In this document: in pieces, positions 55,747 to 64,000 of the stretch
Position numbering within the stretch: position 1 is the first letter of the stretch
Layout of the letters: each line of letters begins with the position of its first letter
IMG/VR virus record: IMGVR_UViG_2511231106_000002
Coordinates: 35,953-99,952 of that record
Source: a virus
Taxonomy: Duplodnaviria; Caudoviricetes
Strand: one strand, 5' to 3'
DNA length: 64,000 nt
Made by a program: the position numbers and the translations under genes
The notes under the pieces: generated by a model
Databases searched by the model: none
The model's input: the letters and a program-made list of their open reading frames with translations, nothing else
Told to the model about the DNA's origin: nothing

Positions 55747-56847
55747 TTATTTTTTATTTGCAACAATAAATGATTTCAGCTGCGGCCAGGCACCAAGGAT
55801 GACGCCTTTCAAAAATTCAATGTCATAGTCCATGATACTGGTTTCTTCAGGATAGTAACCGCGCGCAGCAACGGCGCGGCGAACATCTGTTTCTGTCATG
55901 CCTTCCGTTTTTAAAAGGTCAAATACCTGCTTGATGACAGCTTGCTTTGGATCTGCTGCAGCAACTTGAGCAGCTGTTGCAATGACTTCTGGCTGTGGGG
56001 CGGGTCCAGATGCTTCGGCAGGATTGTCCTGGACATCCCAGAATGCCTCTTCTTCAGGTGAAGGATCTGGCGGCAATGGAACACTGCCCTGAGGTGAATC
56101 AATGACCACAGGCGGCTCTCCAAGGTCAGGGATATAAGGCGCAATGCTGGCATATTCAAATGGCACTTCTGGGGGCAAGCACCAGCGATTCTTGGCGTCC
56201 CATGTGCTTGCATGCTGGGTGTACATGACCCGCTTTCCGCCGACCCCTTTCTTCTTGTTGGTCGTCTGGTCCGTCATGATGATGGTCTTATAGTTCGCAA
56301 AAAGCAGGGCATCGGCCCATTCCTTCACGATGGCTGCCGTCTTGTTTGTGGTCTTGCTGTTGAGCTTCAGCTCCCATCGATCATAGGCGCCCATCTCATC
56401 AGGCTGCTCAAACTTCCTGATTTGAGCATGAGCATTAAGGACCACATTGATGCCTACCTTTGTTACGCCATTCAAGGCGTCTAGGAAGCGGGCAAAGGCT
56501 TCCATGAGCTTTGTATAGCCGCTCCCGTAGGCAAAGTCCTCGATGGAGCTTTTCTTTGCTTGGGCGCAGACGTATTGGATGCAGAGCTTTTCCGCCCAAT
56601 CCACCGTGTCAATAACAAGTGTCTTGCATGGTTTTTCCTTCGTAACCTCCTCAATGATTCCCATGAGCATGGCCCAGGAATTGATGTCTGGGATGCGCTT
56701 GACGTCAAGCTGGCTGGTACTGTCTTCAATATCCAGAAAAAGCGGGTCTGGGAAATGGCTCGCGAAGGTAGATTTTCCGATGCCTTCAGGCCCATAAACA
56801 ACGACTTTCTGGGGCCGTAAAACAATTCCTTTGCTGATATTAAGCAT
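55747..56847 (-). CDS. Sak4-like AAA_24 recombinase
   Basis: YGPEGIGKST, VIDT.DW, YG.GY, KEWAD, AKNR. Confidence 0.9.
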   Translation of the reverse strand: MLNISKGIVLRPQKVVVYGPEGIGKSTFASHFPDPLFLDIEDSTSQLDVKRIPDINSWAMLMGIIEEVTKEKPCKTLVIDTVDWAEKLCIQYVCAQAKKSSIEDFAYGSGYTKLMEAFARFLDALNGVTKVGINVVLNAHAQIRKFEQPDEMGAYDRWELKLNSKTTNKTAAIVKEWADALLFANYKTIIMTDQTTNKKKGVGGKRVMYTQHASTWDAKNRWCLPPEVPFEYASIAPYIPDLGEPPVVIDSPQGSVPLPPDPSPEEEAFWDVQDNPAEASGPAPQPEVIATAAQVAAADPKQAVIKQVFDLLKTEGMTETDVRRAVAARGYYPEETSIMDYDIEFLKGVILGAWPQLKSFIVANKK

Positions 56848-57070
56848 GCTGCTTTCCTCCTTTTTCGTTCATGTATGCTCTAAGCTCATCATTGACGCGC
56901 TGGTATTCCTGTTCCTTGTGAGCAAGGATCCCTTTCATGTATTCAACCTCGTTTGGCCAAAGCAGAGGATTCTTCAGTTGGTATTGAGCTTCCCGTAAGT
57001 CTTCCCAAGCCTTCTTCTGTTCAATCATGAGCGCCTTGAGCTTCAAATCTTTTTCCTTCAGCAGCTTCAT
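56840..57070 (-). CDS. Hypothetical coiled-coil protein
   Basis: 76 aa; translationally coupled on both sides. Confidence 0.7.
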   Translation of the reverse strand: MKLLKEKDLKLKALMIEQKKAWEDLREAQYQLKNPLLWPNEVEYMKGILAHKEQEYQRVNDELRAYMNEKGGKQHA

Positions 57071-58347
57071 TAGAATGTCCCTGCCTTCCAGGCCGGCTTA
57101 GCAGCGGCTTCTTCACTTTTGACCATGCCGTCTTCAATGATGACGCTGCATTCATCGCCCGTAGACACGCGGGTGGCAATCACTTGCAGCCCTTCCCGCT
57201 CAAGCCAGGCTCCGAAGTCCTGGAGCGTGTCCGGATCCATCTGTTCGAGTTTGTCCATCAGAACAAAGCCGCAGTTAGGATTGAGCTTCCTCACAATTGC
57301 TGTTGAAACTTTAAGTTGCTCGCTGGCGCTCATGCCATCCCAGGGAAGGCCCTTATAAAGGAGCTTGCCATCTTCCACAGAGAGCCCAGGAAGCGGAAGG
57401 TCAGCGCCATCAAGGAGGGAACGGCGGTCAGCACGGAGCCGCTCCAACTCTCCTGTAAGCTCTGCATATTCATTCCCATACCGTTCTGCTTCTTCGACTG
57501 CCTTCTTGTGTTCCGCATTCTTTCGAATCTGGGCATTGATCATCTCGACCTGCTGCAGGTTCTTCTCGATCTCTTCCGTGGACTCGTCCTGGAGCGTAGC
57601 AACGTCCTTGCCTGCGGTTTCAACATCACGGTCAATGATTTCCTTTTGGCTTCTTGCCTGTTCCAGTTCACTCATAAGAGCGTTGATGCGATTGGCAAGG
57701 TCCGTCTGTTTGCGTTCAAGCTCAGAGAGTTGATACCGCTTTTTCTGGTTTTCCCCATTCCTTGCCAGGATGGCCTGTTGCTGTTGGATAAGCTCAAAGG
57801 CGCTGATGGGCTCTTCCGGGGCTCCTGGGAAGGTCTGCATATCGGCAGCTGCCTTTTCCTTGCGTTCCTTGATGCGTCCAATCTCTGTACGCTGGTAGTA
57901 GATTTTGCGGATATTTTCGTCAATGGTCTGGAGCTGATTCCCTACTCCAATGATCTGCAGCAGGGTATCCGCTTTTTCCTTGTCCGTCGCCTTGAGGAAG
58001 CTGGGCAGGTCTAGGGCCAACTGACTGATGAACTCCTTGAGGAGGGACTGACCGCTCTTATTGCCATTGCTGTCAATGACCTTGAGAGCGCTGTTCTTTC
58101 CCTTCCGCTCTACAATGATGCCATTATCCAGCTCGATATGGATTGCAGGCGGGACCAAGGCCCCTTCCCTTGCAGGGACGGATGGTTTGTAGCGATCCCC
58201 GCCAAGCCCCCAAGCGATGGCATCAAGGACGCTTGTTTTTCCCTGCCCGTTCTTTCCTCCGATGATGGTAAGCCCATTGGGACTTGGCTCCAACCTGACG
58301 GCCTTGATCCGTTTGACGTTTTCAAGTTCCAAAGCATTAATTTTCAT
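57070..58347 (-). CDS. SMC/SbcC-like ATPase
   Basis: ENVKRIK, GKNGQGKTS, coiled coil, MS.SE, LMDKLE. Confidence 0.88.
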   Translation of the reverse strand: MKINALELENVKRIKAVRLEPSPNGLTIIGGKNGQGKTSVLDAIAWGLGGDRYKPSVPAREGALVPPAIHIELDNGIIVERKGKNSALKVIDSNGNKSGQSLLKEFISQLALDLPSFLKATDKEKADTLLQIIGVGNQLQTIDENIRKIYYQRTEIGRIKERKEKAAADMQTFPGAPEEPISAFELIQQQQAILARNGENQKKRYQLSELERKQTDLANRINALMSELEQARSQKEIIDRDVETAGKDVATLQDESTEEIEKNLQQVEMINAQIRKNAEHKKAVEEAERYGNEYAELTGELERLRADRRSLLDGADLPLPGLSVEDGKLLYKGLPWDGMSASEQLKVSTAIVRKLNPNCGFVLMDKLEQMDPDTLQDFGAWLEREGLQVIATRVSTGDECSVIIEDGMVKSEEAAAKPAWKAGTF

Positions 58348-58361
58348 TTTCTTACCTCCTG

Positions 58362-58442
58362 TGATAGAATGGAGGTGAATCCTGTGGAAAGATTCATCTC
58401 CTTGCCCTGTCAGCATTGCCGTGCTGATAGGGCTTTATTTTT
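58362..58442 (+). ncRNA. Candidate antisense sRNA (two hairpins) opposite the replication operon
   Basis: TGaTAGAAT extended -10; 11-bp and 12-bp stems; TTGCCG loop; T-rich tail. Confidence 0.55.
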
Positions 58443-58464
58443 GGCCTTTTTCAAGATTCAATTT

Positions 58465-58614
58465 TCATTCCTCCTCCGCGTACCATTCTTCTGCAGGGAT
58501 GCAGATCTCACAAATGTCGCCGTTAGAAAAAGGGCAATCTGGGCATCTTGTATTGAGGCAGTAGTTAATCAGGTTTTCAGCGGCGGCCAATGCCTCGCTA
58601 TTTGAGATTTTCAT
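58465..58614 (-). CDS. Small Cys-rich protein (49 aa; not in ORF track)
   Basis: GAGGTGA RBS; MKISNSEALAAAENLINYCLNTRCPDCPFSNGDICEICIPAEEWYAEEE. Confidence 0.7.
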   Translation of the reverse strand: MKISNSEALAAAENLINYCLNTRCPDCPFSNGDICEICIPAEEWYAEEE

Positions 58615-58702
58615 GAAAATCACCTCATTTCTGTGAAATTTTTAGCAAAATTTCTAAAGATATTTCACTAATTTCTTGTCAAAAAGGCCCTATTTTGACA
58701 AG

Positions 58703-58891
58703 TCAACCCTTCTGTAGATTTTCCCTCGCTTGGTCAACATCCCATTCTTGCGGGAGTCCATCTATCAGCATACACTCTGGGCAAATGCCCGGATCTGGGA
58801 TAGCAAAAGGACATTCCGCGCAATCCATATGGAAGCAAAAATCTGCCAATTTATCAGCAAGGATGACGGCTTGTTTTTTACCAATCATCAT
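58703..58891 (-). CDS. Small Cys-rich protein
   Basis: LADFC...CAECPF...C..C...P.EW. Confidence 0.7.
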   Translation of the reverse strand: MMIGKKQAVILADKLADFCFHMDCAECPFAIPDPGICPECMLIDGLPQEWDVDQARENLQKG

Positions 58892-59181
58892 CTTCCACCC
58901 TTTCTCACTCTAACCTTAATCTTTTGACCTGGCTGCAGTGCCCCTGGATTTTTGATTCCATTGTCCTCCCTGACCCGCTGGATAATGTCTTGGATGTCCT
59001 CATAGCCGCTGTACCTCTCGCACAGACTCCACAAGCTGTCGCCTGTGTAGACCACGTGCTCAAAGGTGAGGTAGTCGGTCGGCTCTGGCTTGATTCGTTC
59101 TCTCCAGATGGCTCCTGCTGCAATGATGCCAGCAGCGATAAGGGCCGTGGCGATGATGGACGCTTTCTTTCTTGTTCTCAT
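58888..59181 (-). CDS. Membrane-anchored LysM protein
   Basis: N-terminal TM helix; V..GDSLWSL...N.I.....LQPGQ.I. Confidence 0.85.
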   Translation of the reverse strand: MRTRKKASIIATALIAAGIIAAGAIWRERIKPEPTDYLTFEHVVYTGDSLWSLCERYSGYEDIQDIIQRVREDNGIKNPGALQPGQKIKVRVRKGGR

Positions 59182-59183
59182 GT

Positions 59184-59525
59184 TTACCCTCCTTTTAGTC
59201 CATCTAAGATTGTCGATGCCGCTCCTCGGAGCAGCGCTTCCAATGTCTTAATCCTGGCGTCCTTACGGTCCAGTTCCCTCTGCAACTCTTTCATTCTTGC
59301 GGGCGTGAAAAAGTAGGTGTTCTCGCCAACGATATCCATCACGTCCTTCGCCGCAAAGCGGACGCCTGGGAGCTTGGTGAGCTGTGGCAGCGTTCCGCGG
59401 TCTCTAAGGTTGTAGATGGTGGAGAGCGAGACGTTAAGGACCTCAGCGGCTTCCTGCGCCGTCATGACTTGCGGGACAAGCCTAGGAGTCGGTGGATCCG
59501 TGCCGCGGGAAAATTCTGCTTTCAT
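59184..59525 (-). CDS. Excisionase-like HTH protein
   Basis: MTAQEAAEVLNVS.STIYNL...G.LP. Confidence 0.78.
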   Translation of the reverse strand: MKAEFSRGTDPPTPRLVPQVMTAQEAAEVLNVSLSTIYNLRDRGTLPQLTKLPGVRFAAKDVMDIVGENTYFFTPARMKELQRELDRKDARIKTLEALLRGAASTILDGLKGG

Positions 59526-59530
59526 AGGGA

Positions 59531-60298
59531 TTACCTCCTTGTATCGGTCAGGAATTTATTGACAAAATACTGCTGCCCCTTCCCCGTGATTTTCGGCGTC
59601 TTGGTGATGATGTTGACGCCTGATCCATTCACATAGGACCCCTCTTTGATCTCAAAGAGTCCAAGTTCCATGGCCCGCTGGGTCGGCATATTGTAATCCG
59701 TCCCTTTGCGGCGAATCAGATAGCCGTTCTCCCTTAACCAGTCGAAGAATCTCTTTTGCCCGATTTCAACACCATTGCCACGGAGGATCTTCGCCATCTC
59801 ACCTACAAGGATGCTCGTATGACTAGCTGAAACCGCATCGGCGAAAATGGTCTTCGGTCGGTCCATTTCAATTTGCTTTTCTGCAGCAAGTCGCTTTTCT
59901 TTCTCTTCTTTCAGCTGAGTTGCCAGCTGAATCAGGAAGTCTGGGCTAGTCAAGGCTTTTTCAAGCGTGTCCTCGGTCATGTAGGCGCCGTGTTTCCGGA
60001 TAGCGGGAATGACTTCATCCGCCAGCACTGCCTGGAAGCGCTGAGCCACCTCATTGTTGGCCTTGAAACCTAGGCGGTAAACCATGTTTTCTGGGAGAAA
60101 ATCGTTTTTCCGCACTTGTGTGGAAAATCCGAATTCAGCAAGGTAGCGATTAACCCGGTCCCACATGACATATTCAACACCGTTCTTTTCGCGAGTAAAC
60201 CCAAACCCTCTAGCCACGTCTTCAGCGTTTAGATACGCTATCCCAGTTTTCTTTTCCGAGTAACCCCGGATGTTACTGATTGATAAAACCTCATTCAT
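59531..60298 (-). CDS. Phage antirepressor (BRO-like N-terminus + KilAC)
   Basis: FQ..L.DEVIPAIRKHGAYMT; PK..FADAV; ITGKGQQYF. Confidence 0.92.
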   Translation of the reverse strand: MNEVLSISNIRGYSEKKTGIAYLNAEDVARGFGFTREKNGVEYVMWDRVNRYLAEFGFSTQVRKNDFLPENMVYRLGFKANNEVAQRFQAVLADEVIPAIRKHGAYMTEDTLEKALTSPDFLIQLATQLKEEKEKRLAAEKQIEMDRPKTIFADAVSASHTSILVGEMAKILRGNGVEIGQKRFFDWLRENGYLIRRKGTDYNMPTQRAMELGLFEIKEGSYVNGSGVNIITKTPKITGKGQQYFVNKFLTDTRR

Positions 60299-60361
60299 TT
60301 CATCCCTTCTTTCTTTTCGATCATTTCCCACCTATAGACATCTGTTATCTAGATTTATTTT

Positions 60362-60565
60362 CTAGTTGCAAGGCGAAAAATTAATGCAATTTACGGGCAG
60401 ATTATAAGCCTTAGAAATTTTTTCTTGATAAATGGGATTAACTAGTCCGGGATTTCTTTCCCACTTAATGAGCGTATCTTTCCCGATTCCTATTGCTTTT
60501 GCACCCTGAATAAGAGTCATTTTAGCATTTACTCTAGCAGCTTTTAAGCTTATCTGAAATTCCAT
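60362..60565 (-). CDS. Cro-like HTH regulator
   Basis: ISLKAARVN..MT...AK.IGI...TL..WE. Confidence 0.88.
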   Translation of the reverse strand: MEFQISLKAARVNAKMTLIQGAKAIGIGKDTLIKWERNPGLVNPIYQEKISKAYNLPVNCINFSPCN

Positions 60566-60586
60566 CGGTCTCACCTCCTCCAACAC

Positions 60587-60670
60587 ATTCTACTAGAATT
60601 AATTTCTATAGTCAAGATTTTTTTTCTATATTTTTATTTTCATTGTTGTTAGATTTAGAATTTTATTCTA
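60587..60670. promoter_or_regulatory. Lysis/lysogeny switch: lytic promoter and 15-bp operators
   Basis: Minus strand TTGACT-17-TAGAAT; TAGAW-N5-TTCTA at 60594, 60614 (one mismatch), 60656, plus 60350. Confidence 0.8.
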
Positions 60671-60706
60671 TAATAAAGATAAATCTAGTGAACGGAGGTA
60701 TTAATT

Positions 60707-61099
60707 ATGCCGACACCAGAAGAAGCAATGGCCCTATTTAGCAAACGTTTGTCTGCTCTTCTCAATGAACATAATATTAATCAGGCTGAATTAGCCAAAA
60801 AACTTGGAGTAAGTGAATCCACCGTTGGAAAGTGGCTTCTTATGAAGTCCCTTCCTAGAATGGGCATTATTCAGAAACTCTCTGAACTATTTCAAGTCTC
60901 AAAAAGTTATTTCCTCGAAGAGATTGTCGATGACCGTCGCACCTACTATCTCAATCCAGAAACCGCAGAACTAGCCGAACAACTCAGAACCAATGCCGGT
61001 TTGCGCATGCTCTTCAAAGCTTCGGCGGATCTTGATCCGGATAAAATGAAAGAGGCCTATAATTACGTACAGTATCTAAAAAGCAAGGAGCCAAAATAA
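60707..61099 (+). CDS. CI/ImmR-like XRE repressor
   Basis: INQAELAKKLGVSESTVGKW....PR; divergent from cro. Confidence 0.9.
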   Translation: MPTPEEAMALFSKRLSALLNEHNINQAELAKKLGVSESTVGKWLLMKSLPRMGIIQKLSELFQVSKSYFLEEIVDDRRTYYLNPETAELAEQLRTNAGLRMLFKASADLDPDKMKEAYNYVQYLKSKEPK

Positions 61100-61102
61100 A
61101 AC

Positions 61103-61375
61103 ATGGTAATTAATGTCATCCAGACGCCCCGCCTCCCTTCCGGGGTTGATGCGCTCTCTGTAATCAACGCCGACGACAGCCTGACCGTCCTCGTTTCTGA
61201 ATTACTCTCTCCACAAAAAATGCATGCCGCCGTCGTGCATGAAATCGCGCATATCCTCCGGGCCGACTTCTGCAGCGATACTGATGCATCGCAGCTAGAA
61301 AAAGACGTCCGCAAGGACGCCTTGACCAAGATAGACTGGACTGACCTAGATATTCACTATAATGTGGTTGAATGA
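61103..61375 (+). CDS. ImmA/IrrE-like metallopeptidase (short)
   Basis: HEIAHI...DF; directly follows the repressor. Confidence 0.8.
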   Translation: MVINVIQTPRLPSGVDALSVINADDSLTVLVSELLSPQKMHAAVVHEIAHILRADFCSDTDASQLEKDVRKDALTKIDWTDLDIHYNVVE

Positions 61376-61401
61376 ATTTATATTGTTTTACTATGAAATT
61401 G

Positions 61402-61507
61402 TTGACAAAATCTATAATTTTACCTATAGTGGAGCTGCAGGAGTGCTGGAATCTCTACGGGGACCAGTGCGAATACCCTCTCCATTATTGGGGAGGGTAT
61501 TTTATTT
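61402..61507 (+). ncRNA. Promoter + short structured RNA + terminator upstream of rhuM genes
   Basis: TTGACA-17-TATAGT; hairpin with C(UACG)G loop; 13-bp terminator stem. Confidence 0.65.
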
Positions 61508-61532
61508 ATACTAAATCGTTTGAAAGGAAGGA

Positions 61533-61769
61533 ATGACGCAAATGACAAATGAACTGCAAAAAATGCAGGTACTTCTGTACCATATGGAAGATACTGATGT
61601 CAATATTAACGCCATTGTGAAAGATGATACCCTGTGGATTACCCAGAAGGCGATGTCAGAATTGTTTGATGTTACAACTCAAACAATAAGCCGACATTTA
61701 TCTAATGTTTATCAAGAAGGTGAATTATCAGAAGCGGCAACTTGTACAAAAATTGTACAAGTTTGTTGA
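61533..61769 (+). pseudogene. Truncated RhuM N-terminal paralog
   Basis: TLWITQKAMSELFDV....ISRHL.NVY.EGEL...ATC...QV parallels the N-terminus of the next gene. Confidence 0.7.
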
Positions 61770-61803
61770 GCACCTTGATTGAATAGAAAGGAATTAATAA
61801 TCC

Positions 61804-62811
61804 ATGGACAATATTATTATTTACAACACAGAAGATGGTCAATCAAATGTCCGCCTGTATGCAAAAGACGGCACTGTGTGGATGACGCAAGCTCAAATGG
61901 CTGAATTATTTCAATGCACCCGTTCCAATGTCAATTTACATCTTCAAGCCATTTACCGCGAAGGAGAGCTTATAGAACAGGCAACCTGTAAGGAATTCTT
62001 ACAGGTTCGAAAAGAAGGTCTGCGTGAGGTTCAAAGAAAGATTTCTTTCTATAGCCTTGATGCAATTCTTGCCGTTGGCTTTCGAGTACGTTCCCCTCGT
62101 GGCACCCAGTTCCGACGTTGGGCAAATACAACATTGAAAGAATATATGCAAAAAGGCTTTGTCATTGATGATGACCGGCTAAAGAACCCAGATGGCCGTC
62201 CAGATTACTTTGATGAACTGCTGGAACGTATCCGTGATATTCGAGCCAGTGAAAAAAGATTCTATCAAAAACTGCGTGATCTCTTTGCTCTTTCCTCTGA
62301 CTATGATAAAACAGATAAGGTCACTCAACAGTTCTTTTCAGAAACGCAAAACAAACTTATCTATGGAGTCACCGGCAAGACGGCTGCTGATTTAATCATT
62401 GACCGAGCCAATCCTCAAAAGCCCAATATGGCTCTCACTTCATGGAGCGGAGCCATTGTCCGCAAGAAAGATATTATCATAGCCAAGAATTATCTTTCAA
62501 AAGATGAAATTGATTCCTTGAATCGGCTGGTAACCATTTTCTTGGAAAGTGCAGAATTGCGTGTGAAGATGCGGAAGGACCTGACGCTTGATTATTGGCA
62601 TCAAGCGGTAAATAAACTTCTATCTGACCATGACATTCCTGTCCTTCACGACCGTGGCCGTCATTCTCACCGTGAAATGGTGCAGCTTATGGATACAGCT
62701 TATGACATTTTTGATGAAAGAAGAAAACAAGAAGAGGCCAGACAGGCAGATGAAGATGATTTAGCGGAACTAGAAAGCGAAATTCCTACTATCCAATCTC
62801 GTAAAAAATAA
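61804..62811 (+). CDS. rhuM: RhuM-family protein
   Basis: WMTQ.QMAELF, Y.LDAI.AVGFRV.S.RGTQFR.WA, DYFDELLERIRDIRASEKRFY. Confidence 0.9.
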   Translation: MDNIIIYNTEDGQSNVRLYAKDGTVWMTQAQMAELFQCTRSNVNLHLQAIYREGELIEQATCKEFLQVRKEGLREVQRKISFYSLDAILAVGFRVRSPRGTQFRRWANTTLKEYMQKGFVIDDDRLKNPDGRPDYFDELLERIRDIRASEKRFYQKLRDLFALSSDYDKTDKVTQQFFSETQNKLIYGVTGKTAADLIIDRANPQKPNMALTSWSGAIVRKKDIIIAKNYLSKDEIDSLNRLVTIFLESAELRVKMRKDLTLDYWHQAVNKLLSDHDIPVLHDRGRHSHREMVQLMDTAYDIFDERRKQEEARQADEDDLAELESEIPTIQSRKK

Positions 62812-62894
62812 AAAAAATCCCCGCTGGTACCGCAAATACCAGCAGGGAAAACGCAAACCATCATCTCACAGTGGCTTACTGTAATATTGTACCA
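62811..62894 (-). ncRNA. Candidate antisense RNA / terminator in the integrase leader
   Basis: Minus-strand TGgTACAAT; stem CCCTGCTGGTA-TTTGCGG-TACCAGCGGGG then T-run. Confidence 0.5.
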
Positions 62895-62932
62895 CAGGAG
62901 CCCCTCCCCTATCCATAGAAGGAGGTCTTTTT

Positions 62933-64000
62933 ATGGAATATACATTCAGTTATCGCGAGAAAAATGGCGGTGTCTGCTTAATTCTCTCCTACAAAATCGG
63001 TGCCAAGTGGCGCCAAAAAACAAAGCAGGGTTTTAAGAATCAAAGAGAGGCACGACGCTATCAGGACGAGCTTCTAGCCCAGGTCAAGGAATTGGAAGGG
63101 CTGACGGACGACGCTACCCTTATAAATATTACACTTCAACAATTTTTACCCATCTTTATGCGTGACAAAAAGGAATTTTTAGCTCCAAATACATTGAAGA
63201 ATTACGCCCTGGCCTTGAAAAAAATGGGAAATCTTGCCACTGTGCCAATTAGGGATATTACCACGGCAAATCTTACCAACGCTTTGATGCAGATTGAAGG
63301 GAAGGCCAGTTCTAAGAGGGCTCATCTACGCTGCATCTCGCCGGTGCTTGAGCATGCAAAGGAGATATACAAGATTATCCCCTCTAATCCTGCTAAAGGA
63401 ATTAAACTCCCACAATCAAAGAATCCTACTATCCTGCGTGCCTTCACGAAGGAAGAACTTTCCAAGCTCCAAGATATTGTTGAATTTAATCCGATTTATA
63501 GTTTGGTCATTACCTTGGCCGCTAACACAGGTATGCGGTTCGGTGAAATTTATGGGCTACCCTGGAATGCCATCGACTGGTTTAAAAAGACCATTACCAT
63601 CACCCAGCAATACACGCTCATTGGTCAAAATAGCTACGGTATTGGTCCATGCAAAACGCGAAACAGCCACCGAACCATTCCAGCTTCTCCGCTTGTCCTG
63701 CAGAAACTAAAAAAGTGGCGTGACACACGCCAAATGGAGATTACAGGAACTGTTTTCCCAATTGATAAAGGGCACTCTGTTCAGACTGAACTGAATCGTG
63801 TGATTGGTCGCAACTTTCCCGGTAGGTCCATCCATGCGTTACGCCACACCTTTGCTACTCTCCTGTTGTCCAGGACGGGAGATATTAACCTTGTCGCTCA
63901 TGTCTTAGGGGACACTGTGGCCACCGTTTGCAAGGTTTACGTCAATTACACGGACGACATCAATAAGGTTGCAGCTAAAGCCATTGAATCTCTATACTAA
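62933..64000 (+). CDS. Tyrosine integrase
   Basis: Arm-binding KQGF....EA; TGMRFGE, KT, HALRHT, LGD, VY; AGGAGG RBS. Confidence 0.95.
   Translation: MEYTFSYREKNGGVCLILSYKIGAKWRQKTKQGFKNQREARRYQDELLAQVKELEGLTDDATLINITLQQFLPIFMRDKKEFLAPNTLKNYALALKKMGNLATVPIRDITTANLTNALMQIEGKASSKRAHLRCISPVLEHAKEIYKIIPSNPAKGIKLPQSKNPTILRAFTKEELSKLQDIVEFNPIYSLVITLAANTGMRFGEIYGLPWNAIDWFKKTITITQQYTLIGQNSYGIGPCKTRNSHRTIPASPLVLQKLKKWRDTRQMEITGTVFPIDKGHSVQTELNRVIGRNFPGRSIHALRHTFATLLLSRTGDINLVAHVLGDTVATVCKVYVNYTDDINKVAAKAIESLY

Larger units (their letters stand above)
31425..64000. mobile_element. Prophage B (partial): pac/SPP1-type head, contractile tail, tyrosine integrase
   Basis: Canonical order integrase-immunity-replication-tRNAs-packaging-head-tail; ends abruptly in baseplate J. 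Confidence 0.92.

Noticed and set aside
63895-63950. Integrase LGD instead of LGH as an inactivating mutation
   Set aside because: R, K, HxLR and Y are intact and this position varies among tyrosine recombinases; inactivation cannot be supported.

Overview
The window is all phage DNA from a Bacillota host, probably Negativicutes-like (inferred from gene families). It holds two different contractile-tail (PBSX/Xkd-type) prophages. Prophage A (1..~31424, minus strand) is cos/HK97-type. It carries tail and head genes, a terminase interrupted by a Gln-initiated class 3 intein, and an accessory block between cos and terS (two DNA methyltransferases, an amidoligase, its paralog and a GGCT fusion). 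It also has an SNF2/P4-primase/PolA replication module, a sigma-like regulator with two matching promoter boxes, and an AT-rich three-gene ABC-3C (Lamassu-like) defence operon at its end. Prophage B (~31425..64000) is pac/SPP1-type. It carries baseplate, tail and head genes, a MuF protein with a HExxH extension, tRNA-Trp and tRNA-Ser, a Sak4/helicase/primase module, a cI/cro/ImmA switch, RhuM and a tyrosine integrase that ends at the window edge. Prophage A appears to sit inside the last codons of prophage B's baseplate J gene. The most notable observations are this nesting, an out-of-frame gene with its own RBS hidden in the C5 methyltransferase, a defence effector with an unrecognised N-terminal domain, several structured non-coding elements, and four related Cys-rich mini-domains. 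All family assignments come from motif recognition by eye; no database searches were run.
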